From Chiloscyllium plagiosum (lineage: Eukaryota): DNA of 64,000 nt. The stretch lies in assembly GCF_004010195.1 (NCBI RefSeq), contig NC_057728.1, positions 51,775,444 through 51,839,443 on the forward strand. The letters run 5' to 3'. The position numbers and the translations under genes are program-made. Shown here piece by piece: positions 13,150-23,195 of the stretch. The notes under the pieces are model-generated. The model ran no database searches. It worked only from the letters and a program-made list of their open reading frames with translations, and was not told the origin of the DNA. Each line of letters starts with the position of its first letter. Position 1 is the first letter of the stretch.

Positions 13150-13900
13150 AATAAAAGGGATGGATTGAGTGAGATAGAAGTTGTTGGCAGAGCTGTTAGT
13201 GCTGGTGCAGATGGGTGAAAGGTGGTAAGGATCTCGAGTGAGTGAGTAAGCCGTGTAGAGGCCATATGGGATTAGTCGTGTGGGAGGGATAGTGCTTCCC
13301 TTGTCCTTACAGTTAGAGGTAGTCATGGTTTGAAAGTACAGTCTAAGGACTCTTGATGAACTTCTACAATGCATGTTGTAGAATATTTATGGTGCCAATC
13401 AAGCAGGCTGTTTCAACCTGGTTGGTATCAAGCATCTTGAATGTTGTTCGAACTGCACTCATCCAGGTAAAGAGGAAGTATCCCAGCACACTCCTGACCT
13501 TAGCTTTGGAGATGGTGGACAGGCTTTGAGGAGTCAGGAGGTGAGTTACTCACTGCAGGATTCCTAGTCTCAGAACTGCTCTTGAAGTCACTATAATTAT
13601 AAGGCTAATCCATTTGAGTTTCTGGTCAATGGAAATCCCAAGATGTTGACAGTGGGGGATTCAGTAAGAGAAATGCCATTGGCGGTCAGGGAACAATGTT
13701 AGATTCTCTCTTGCTTGTGATGATCATTGCCTGGCACTCGTATGGTACAAATATTGGTTGCTACTTGTCAGCAACCAAGCCTGGAAATTGCTATTTGGGC
13801 ATGGACTGCTCCAGTATCTGCGGAGTTGCAAATGATGCTAAACATTGTGCAATCATTAATGAACATCCCACTTCTGATGTTATGACAGAGGGAAGGTTCC
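13150..13900 (-). mobile_element. LINE family B (CR1/L2 group) ORF2 fragment
   Basis: Homologous to the 53020-54270 copy (TIDQKLNW..., LTPQSLSTI.KA.VRS..EY). Confidence 0.8.
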
Positions 13901-14055
13901 ACAAGAATTGTTTGCATCTTTAGATTGCCTTTCTCTTAGGAACATAGGAACTGAAGTAGGCTATTCAGTCTGTCAAGCCTGCTCCAACACTTAATTCGAC
14001 CATAGCTGACCAAACAGTTCAATGTCTTTAACCAATTCTATTTCCATATCCTTGT

Positions 14056-14360
14056 GGGCGGCACGGTGGCACAGTGGTTAGCACTGCTGCCTCGTAGCGC
14101 CAGAGACCCGGGTTCAATTCCCGCCTCAGGCGACTGACTGTGTGGAGTTTGCACATTCTCCCCGTGTCTGCGTGGGTTTCCTCCGGGTGCTCCGGTTTCC
14201 TCCCACAGTCCAGGTCAGGTGAATTGGCCATGCTAAATTGCCTGTAGTGTTAGGTAAGGGGTAAATGTAGGGGTATGAGTGGGTTGCGCTTCGGCAGGGT
14301 GGTGTGGACTTGTTGGGCCGAAGGGGCCTGTTTCCACACTGTAAGTAATCTAATCTAATC
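14056..14360 (+). mobile_element. HE1-type V-SINE, young, near full length
   Basis: Pol III A box tggcacagtgg, B box gggttcaattcc, V-domain, CR1-like tail ending (taatc)n, intact CpGs. It sits inside a minus-strand CR1 3' fragment (about 13940-14450). Confidence 0.95.
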
Positions 14361-15124
14361 CTCTTCAGCATTAATAATCAAAAATCTCTGCTTTAAACTT
14401 ACTGAAAAACTCAGTTTTGACAGCTCTTTGTGGTACAGAATTACAAACACTGAGTATATAATTTCTTTGGTTAGCTCCACTCCCAGAATATGCAGGTTCC
14501 TTCTCTTGGCTCTATTTGCTCTGATTTCTTTATAAACATGACTTGTTCTATCCACTCACGATGGTGGCAGTATTCAATGTGAGTTGCAATCTATTTGTTT
14601 TTAAATTCCTGCCCTTTCAGCCTGAATGACAGTACCATTTAAAGTTTCCCCTTTCTAACTGGAATTTTCAGCTTTCAGTCACACAATCTGCGATTTCCAT
14701 TCACTCAGGCTCAGGATTATTCCCACAGACCATCTCCTCATGATACAGCCTGTACCTCTGCCTTGGAGCTGCAGATCTCTGCTGTTCCAGCACCTCTCTT
14801 GTCAGGTCTGGAATGCTTTCAGTGTTGTTCTTTGAAAAGGTTTTTGTGTTGAGAGTTCCCATAAGGTGTTTTGGGGTTTGCTGTCCTCATAAATCAGCAG
14901 TATCTGTTTTCCACAAAGTCCTCAGGATTAGAACTATGTTTGCCTCATTGGGATGGGTTAAGTCTCAGATCCCACGTTGATCACAATGTTGTGTGCTCTG
15001 CTACCCTTTTATTTTAAATATGTGGGTTCTTTAGGGGCTTATGTGGTCTACGTATACAAATGTAGCCACTTTCTTGTATAACGAGAATAGTCTTGTACTG
15101 CAAGTAATATGTAGTTTCTCTGCA

Positions 15125-15490
15125 AATGTTTCAAATTCTAAGAAAAGGTTGTCAAAGTGCAGATCGTGAGAATCTCTTCCCCATCATGGACATGTTTATG
15201 ACCAGACAGTATACGTTTAAGGTGAGGAGTGAGTGGTTTAGAGGAGATCTGAGAAGTAATGTTTTCACCAAGAGAATGGTAGATATATGGAACATGCTAC
15301 GTGAGAGTGTGGTGGAGGCTGGTACTCTCGCAATGTTTAAGAAGCATCTGGATGAGCACTTCCAGTGCCAGGGCATAGTAGGCTATGGACCAAATGCAAG
15401 TAAATGGGATTAGTATAGTTTGGTTTTTGTTGGTCAGCATAGACCTGGTAGGCCAAAGGCCCTACTTCTTTGCTGTATGACTAAGACTCT
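15125..15490 (+). mobile_element. CR1 LINE 3' fragment
   Basis: ORF 15126-15413 (FTKRMVDIWNML.ESVVEAGTL.MFKKHLD) plus tail. Confidence 0.9.
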
Positions 15491-15900
15491 ATTACTACAT
15501 AGACTACTAAGCAGCTATCTTTAGTCTGATTCGCACAAAATCCTATTTTACTCTCCCACCATTCTCATTATATCATCACAGTGGGTGGTACTTGTCATAC
15601 TCAATTAAGTTTTAACCCTTTCTGACCTTTCCTGATCCATCTATAACAACCACCACCCTCACAAGACCGTTCAGAGATGGGCAATATGTACTGGCCCAGC
15701 CAGCTACACCCATGTCCTGTAACAAATAAAAAAAAATTGTTAAAGATTTAATGTGAAGTTACATTGAATATTTATGAAAATCAAACAAAAATGATTGAAA
15801 TGAAATAAGCTCAAAATAATAACACTGTAAAAAACAGGTAGTGAAAGTGGAGTGTCATTGACAAATTACCACTAGAGTCCAGAACAGTTTTTGATTAAAG

Positions 15901-16206
15901 GAATTTGGAACTAGTCGCATGGTGTACAGGGGAGATTGGTGTAGATGTTTCAGACATTTTGTGGAAATAATAGAAAGCAAGTTTCCTCCAACTAGGATCT
16001 TGCTCTGCCACAAAGTTTTGGATGAAGCTAAAGTGTGTTGGGTGGGAGGGGGAAGTGGTGATCCGGCTGATGTGGATCTTGAATACCTCTCCTGTGCTGC
16101 TAACGCGTTTCTGCAACAGATCCTTCAGAAGGAGAATTTCGATCAGCACAGTGTTCCAGAGATTCCATTGATGCCAAGGAACACAGGTTATTCATATTCT
16201 GACAAA
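15901..16206 (+). CDS. Candidate coding exon of an unidentified gene: EFGTSRMVYRGDWCRCFRHFVEIIESKFPPTRILLCHKVLDEAKVCWVGGGSGDPADVDLEYLSCAANAFLQQILQKENFDQHSVPEIPLMPRNTGYSYSDK
   Basis: 306-nt open frame in non-repeat sequence with retained CpGs. It ends at AAA|GTGAGT (donor 16207-16212). The 5' end is either a weak acceptor (tttttgattaaag| at 15900) or the ATG at 15919. No homologue recognised. Confidence 0.45.
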
Positions 16207-17686
16207 GTGAGTATTTGCGTCATTTCCATCAAGGGTAGAATGGATATGTCATTCGGGCTGGAATGGTGAAGTAGAAAATGACGAGCTGGCACAAACCACA
16301 AACAGTTTTCACTGCCACTGCTAATTGATGGAACCTGATTCAATTCACGCATAGAAACAAATTGAAGTCATTTATTCATCCGGAAACACCACTTTCAGGT
16401 TTAAACAGGGAACTAAAAACCCACGGCCTTTAAAACTGCTGATTTTGCCCATTGTTTCAAATGTTTGTGTGGGCACAACAATGTAATCTGGAATCACTAA
16501 ATATTACAGTGCAAAGGACCATTCGACCCATTGCTGTATGCCAGCTCTCTGAAAGAGTGCTTCCTCAACCCATTCTCTTGCTCTTATTCTATAGGAGTTC
16601 TTGAGGCTGACATATGGCAGATAAAAAGAAAAAAAATTCCTTTCTGAGCAATAACATTCTTCCCTTAAATGGGGACAAACATACAATACACCAGTGAAAT
16701 ATTAAATGTAATTTCACATGATATAGTGTAAAACAACTGCACAAGTGCTTGCATTTTTATAGCTCTTAAGACATCTCTCCGGTGGGTTGCACAACACTTT
16801 GTATGAAACAAACTATGATGAAGCAAAGTTACCATAAACTACAGAGAACATCGCAACCATTCTGTGTAAGGCAATGCCCCACATAATGGGATGAAAGTTT
16901 TGCATTTAATTATCACTTTTCATGACTATGAGACATCTAAACATGCTTTACAGCCCCAGTGAATTACTGGTTGAAGAAAACATAGCTACCAGTCTGTGCA
17001 TAGGAAGAGCTCAAAAATAGCAATCTTTGTTAGTGACTTCAATTAAGGGATAGATATTTCCCAGGAAATGAAGTAAGGGGACAGGGGTGAAGGCATGGTG
17101 GTAGATGAGTGGTCACGCTCTTCAAATATTGTGTCAAGGCTTTTTTTTTATTCATTGGATGAGGGCGTTGCTGGCTAAGTCAGCATCTATTTCCTGTCCT
17201 ATATTGCCTAGAGGGCAGTTGAGAGTCAACCACATTGCTGTGGGTGTGGAGTCACATGTAGGCCAGGCCAGGTAAGGATGGCAGTTTTCTTCCCTGAAGG
17301 ACATTAGTGAACCAGATGGGAGTTTTCTGATAATTGACCATGGAATCTTGGTCATTATTAGACTCTTAATTCCAGATGTTTATTGAATTCAAATTCCACC
17401 TTCTGCCATGGCAGGATTTGAACCCGGATCCTCAGAACATTACCTGGGTCTCTGGATTAATAGTCCGGCAACACATCCCCTTTTACGTCCACCTGAGCAA
17501 GAGGGTAGGGGCTCAATTTAACATCTTATCTAAAAGGTGACAGCTTTGACTGTGTACCACTCACTGGATTATCAGCCTTGATATTTATGTTCAAGCATGG
17601 AATGGGATTCTAATTCAGAGCCTTACAATTTAAAGATGACCAACGGGGTGAATGACCAGTTAACCAGCTTTTGCTGCTGCTTACTT

Positions 17687-17945
17687 ATAGAGTCATATAG
17701 CTATACAGCACAGAAACAGACCCTTTGGTCCAACCAGTCCATGCCAAATATAATCCCTATCTAAACTAGTCCTACCAGCCTGCCCATATCCCTCCAAACT
17801 TTTCCTATTCATGTATCCATCCAAATGTCTTTTAAACATTGTTATTGTACCTGCATCCATCACTTCGTCAGGACGTTCATTCCACATGTGTAAATAAAAT
17901 TTGCTTCTTATGCCTTTTTTAAATCTCTCTCCTCTCACCTTAAAA
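17687..17945 (-). mobile_element. CR1 LINE 3' fragment
   Basis: WNERPDEVMDAGTITMFKRHLDGYMNRK plus tail. Confidence 0.88.
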
Positions 17946-18164
17946 ATTCAACCTAGATATTAATCAGGACATTGGGGAGAACTCCAATTTGAACGGTGCT
18001 GTTTGTTATGTGTCTTATGTTTCAAACATATATGGATACGGTACACCAACTTCTGTTTGTTCATCTAGAGTGTGATGCAATGCTTTAAAGTGTCTTCTCC
18101 ATGCATATAGCTCATTTTTCTTCAACTTTGCTGAATTTTTCTAAGTTTAACTTCCAGTAAGTTG

Positions 18165-18998
18165 ACAGCGGAGTAAGATGCTCCAGCCAGAGATCCTCCA
18201 CTCCATCCATTCTTTTCCTTCTCCCCACTCCTCCCTTCTCTCGGCCTAGACCCTAAACGCAGCATCGATGGTCAGCGGAGACACCAGCAGCCAGAGCAGG
18301 GAGGCCAGCAACCAGCGGCCCAGTGCAAGAGCGGCCCAGTGAAGACTGTGTTGGCAGCCAGCGGTCAGACCACGTGGAGGTTCCCTGTGCTGGTCTGCTG
18401 CCGAGACTAACTATGATATTTGTCTTTTTAACTTTGTTTCTTTTTTTTATAGATTCTCTACAGTGTAAAACAGGCCCTTCGGCCCAACAAGTCCACACTG
18501 ACCCCTCCGAAGTGTAACCCACCCAGACCCATTCCCCTACCCAATTACTCTACATTTACCCCTGACTAATGCACCTAACCTACACATCCCTGAACACTAT
18601 GGGCAATTTAGCATGGCCAATTCACCAAACCTGCACTTCTTTGGATTGTGGGAGGAAACCAGAGCACCCAGAGGAAACCCACGCAGACACAGGAAGAATG
18701 TGCAAGCTCCAAACAGACAGTTGCCCGAGGCTGGAATCAAACCCGGGACCCTGGTGCTGTGAGGTAGAAATGCTAACCAGCGAGCCACCATGCCGCCAAA
18801 CAGTGTTTTTTTTCTGATCTTTTGTGTATAGCTGTAATGTCACTTTTTTTCTTCTTTCCTCTATCCTGTAACTAAGGATTGCACCTAAGTACCTTTGTAC
18901 CTAAGATGGCGCTGTAAGTGACAACGTATAAACTTTTCACTGTACTCATTTGAGTACAGTGACAATAAAGTTAATTCAATTCAACTCAATTCAATTAA
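18165..18998 (+). mobile_element. Non-autonomous retroelement with a Rex1/Babar-type 3' tail, interrupted by an HE1 SINE (18449-18797, minus)
   Basis: GC-rich 5' part, then a 3' end cttttcactgtactcatttgagtacagtgacaataaag-(ttcaa)n that resembles the Rex-type LINE end at 44035-44085. Confidence 0.6.
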
Positions 18999-21354
18999 CC
19001 GATCACAGACAGAGAGTAGCAAGCAATCAACAGACACACAAGCACTACACTAACAGATTGCTACTGTGGATACAAACAACAGCCAGAATACCCTCAGAAC
19101 TTTTCCTGTTACAAATTTGCTGGCAATTTGCAAATATTCTAAGGAAATTCCAAACACTTTTATTATTTACTTTGTCTTAGCTCGGTATTATGTGTGTAAG
19201 GGAGAAGCAAGGGTAGAAGGAAGGACAATGGGAAGGGATTTTGATCCTGAGGATGTTGTTTTTCCTTCAGGCTTCAAAATGAAACTTCCAAAAAAATGTA
19301 ATTATCCTTTGGCTAATGGCCTCTTGCTCTGCTGAATTTATTCCACTTCAACCCAAGGTAATTCACCTCCACCCTCTCAAGGGGCAACTGTGGTGGGGGG
19401 TAAGCGGGCTAGTCCAGCTAGGAGTGCCCATGTCGTAGAAGTGAATTTTTAAAAACTGGTCCCATTGGTCAAAGGGTTCTTAAAGCAAGCACCACCATAT
19501 GTAAGGGGCCTAACTCCTGAACTCAGTTGCCTTAACCAGTGTCTGAAAATTGCCTTGGCCCAATAAATTCTAATTCTTCATTTTTGTTTAACAACTGGTG
19601 AAAATGATTCTATTCTTTGGAATGCAGCAATGATATTATAATACACCTCTGGCTATTAGGCTTAGGCCATGGACTTCAATAACAACATCAAACTATGTTA
19701 CAGCGAAGCATTTATTGCCCATTATTAATTGCCCTTGAGAACTTGGTTGTGAGGCTGCTGGAGAACTGCTTTCTCAATGGAGATAGTAACAAAAAAAAAC
19801 TAATCCTATTGTCAGGAGGGTCAGTTACACAAAGGACACAGATTCCAGGTTGAAGATTTAGAGGCGGGGTAGGAAGGATGATTTTATGTAGAGGAGTAGT
19901 TGTGACCTGGAATGCATTGTTTGAAGGATGTGGAATCAGATTTATTAGACACTCTCAAAAGGAATAAATTCTTGGATAATGAAAAAGCAAAGCAATGAAA
20001 TTGATTAAATTGGATAGCTGTTACAAAGGCAAGATGGCGTGTTCAGTTTGATTCTATTCCATACAATTTTCAAAGATAAGTGAACGTGGATATAAGAATG
20101 GGTCACCTGCTCAAGCTGAAATATTTCCGAATATGTGTGCCTTAATACAAATAGACTCACCTGACCAGAGTTCCACCACTAGCAGCCAAAAAGGATCTGG
20201 GAGCACAGGGCTGACAGCTGAAGTGGTGTGCGATAATCTATCATTGGGCTCTCTTAGCTATTTCCCACTGGATCTGCACTGACTTCAGATCAGAACTTGC
20301 ACAACAGTACTGAATTTACACCGGTAAGCTGCTGAAATGATTGTAGTCAGGGCAGTAATATAAATATCACTGTGAGAGCTAAGCAACCACAGGTTTCATG
20401 CAGTGTAGCTGGACTAATTGAAGCGGTGAATCTTACAAAAAAATCATTGCCTGCTAAATAAGTTTAAGACAGTAAATTTGCCATTGATCTCTGTTTCTGA
20501 TTACACTGATGGGATTAGTGTAGGTCACTCATCATCCAGTCTCCTGTCAGAAACAAATCTGATTTGTTGCCCACTTTGTTGGAGCAACACATTTAACAGT
20601 TCAGCAGCCTGCTGAAATCAGAAAGACAATTTTGTATTAATGCTGGTTTGAAGGGGACAGGCAGAAGAAGTTTTACCTCCGGTGAGTAATGTGACAGTGC
20701 TTATTTTGTGCAGTGCACGCTGTGTGCTTTTCCCATGTGCAGTTGTTTTATCTCAACCCCTCTGAGTGATGTCTGGCTGTGAGTTTCATGGATTTGTGGG
20801 TCAGTTATAACAGACATACTAGGTCTCATGTCAAAGGTCATAGTGTTGGAGGTCATTGACCCCACCACCAAAGAGACAGCTTGCCAAGAGGTTGAATACA
20901 TTCCGCCTCATGCACCTTTCATTGCACATTCCCCCTTGCTGAGTCCTTTTCACACTTTGCTAATAAACTCTCTCGTATTTGAATGATGTTTGAAAATAAT
21001 GATGTTCACACCACATTAAGAGTATCCCATCTGCACCAAATGTAAAAAGCAACACCTCACATTTGAAATATGAACACTCCTTAAAGAGGACACATTTCCC
21101 ACAATCTTCTCCTGCTTCAGTGAAGACTTCCCTTGTCATTAAATCCTGGGGTGGGATGGCAGGGTTGTAGGCCAATGTGAAATTAAAATCTAAGCACATG
21201 TGACACACTGTAAGCCAAAGAAACAGACACAAGTAAGTGAACTGATATTTAACAATTGCACTCTGTAGTAGTAGCAGTGGAAATCAACCCCCTTAAATTG
21301 AAACAGTACAATGACCAAAATTTTCCAAGTTCCTAACTTTTATCATTAAAAAAG

Positions 21355-21918
21355 TTATAAGACCATTAGACATAGGAGCAGAAATTAGGCCATTCAGCCT
21401 GTTGAGTCTACTCTGCCATTCAGTCATGGCTGATATGTTTCTGAATCCCATTCTCCTGCTTTCTTCCCGAAACCCGATCACCTTAATACTCAAGAACCCT
21501 ATCTATCTTGGTCTTAAATGACCCAACCTCCACAGCCTTCTGTGGTAATGTACTCCATAGATTCACCACTCTCCAGCTGACAAAGTTCCTCTTTATCTCC
21601 ATTCTAAGGTCTTCCCTTTACTCTAAGTTTATGCCCTCAGGTCCTAGTCTCTCCTACCAATGGAAACATCTCCCAAAGATCTACTTTGTCCAGGCCATTC
21701 AGTATTCTAAATGTTTCAATTAGATCCCCCCCCACCCCCATTCTTCTAAACTCCATTGAGTAGAAATCCAGAGTCCTCAAACATTCCTCATATGTTAAGC
21801 TTTTCATTCCTGGGAACATTCTCATGAACCTCCTCTGAACACACTCCAGGGCCAGTACATCCTTCCTGAGATATGGGGCCCAAAACTGCGCACAATACTC
21901 CAAATGTGGTCTGACCAC
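21355..21918 (-). mobile_element. CR1 LINE 3' fragment
   Basis: VRPHLEYCAQFWAPYLRKDVLALECVQRRF plus a CR1 3' UTR. Confidence 0.92.
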
Positions 21919-22299
21919 ATATTTGTTTACTTTTTCAAAATTACACATAAAATGTTTCAATTGACCATTTCTTGGGGTAGAGTCCCTGTCGTGCATATTA
22001 ACTAACCTATCGATTACAACTGCCTGCATAGATCCTTTTTAATCAACTGGTTCATATATGTCATGATACACCTGTTGGGAAGGTGGGAACTAAACCAAAG
22101 CATTTTGACCCAGAGTCATAGTGTTGGAGGGCACCACCTCTGCTCCACAAGAACCTTCACAGACACCTGAAAGTTAATGTTCATAAAATTACCTTCAGTC
22201 TGTCCTAATTCAAGTGATCTAACCATTTAATCTTAGGGTTCGATTCCCAATTTTGCTCCACTGTTTAAATTGATGAGTTCAAATTGTTACATCATTTTA

Positions 22300-23195
22300 T
22301 GTCTTGAATACTGTGAGCAGTTTTGGTCTCCCTACTTAAGGAAGGATGTAAATGCATTGGAGGTGGTTCAAAAGAGGTTTACTCAATTGATGCCTGCTAT
22401 GAGTTAGTTGTGTTATGAAGATAGGTTGGGCAGTCTGGGCTTGTTTCCACTGGTGTTTAGAAGAGTGAGAGGTATCTTGACTGGAAAAGTATAAGTTCTT
22501 GAATGATCATGACAAGGTGAACATGGAAAAGGTGTTGCCCCTTGTGGATGAACTAGGGACACTTTTAGTGTTATGGTTGCCCTTTTAGAGTAGAGATGTG
22601 AAGAATACTTTTTTCACAAAGGATTGCGCGATTTTAGAACTCAGCTTCAGAAGAAAATGGAAGGGGCTTATTGATGGCACTGGACACACACCCACAGGAC
22701 TGAGGTGGCTAGCATTCCCCCTACTGCTTAAATCAGAGAATGTTGTAGATACAACACATGATGAGTTTCAGTAATTTATTTAAAAACTTGCCACATCTTC
22801 CCCAGTCTCTGTGGTTTAAAGCAATACTTTTTCCCATTTTAAAGTCCACAGCTCAATAAATTAAAGCAGTTTTTATACTGAACATTTTTAAGGCAATGAT
22901 GGATAAATTCCTGGAGAAAGTGAGCACTGCAGATGTTGGAGATCAGAGTCAAAAAGTGTGGTGCTGGAAAAACACAGCAGGTCAGGCAACATCTGAGGGG
23001 CAGGAGAGTCGATGTTTCAGGCATAAGCCCTTCATCAGGATAACTTCTTGATAGGCAAAGAAATCAAAGGATATTGAGAATAGAAAGGAATGTGGCACTC
23101 GGAACACAAATAGAGTGGCCATGATCTTAATGAATGGTGATGCAAGTTCCAAGGGCTAAATGGCTTCCCAGTGCTCCTATTTCATATGTTCATAT
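22300..23195 (+). mobile_element. CR1 LINE 3' fragment carrying two insertions: unknown DNA at about 22675-22878 and a Penelope pLTR half at about 22915-23040
   Basis: LEYCEQFWSPYLRKDVNALEVVQKRF, with CR1 continuity resuming after each insert. Confidence 0.85.

Noticed and set aside
14056..14130. tRNA gene
   Set aside because: The A and B boxes belong to an HE1 SINE head and continue into the SINE body.
15895..16149. 84-aa minus-strand ORF as a gene
   Set aside because: It is the antisense shadow of the plus-strand candidate exon, uses a non-ATG start, and has no convincing splice signals or homology.
19181..19357. Plus-strand exon candidate (acceptors at 19180 and 19270, donor near 19358)
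   Set aside because: The splice-like signals are good, but all frames stop before the donor and the peptides are unrecognisable. Not supportable without RNA data.
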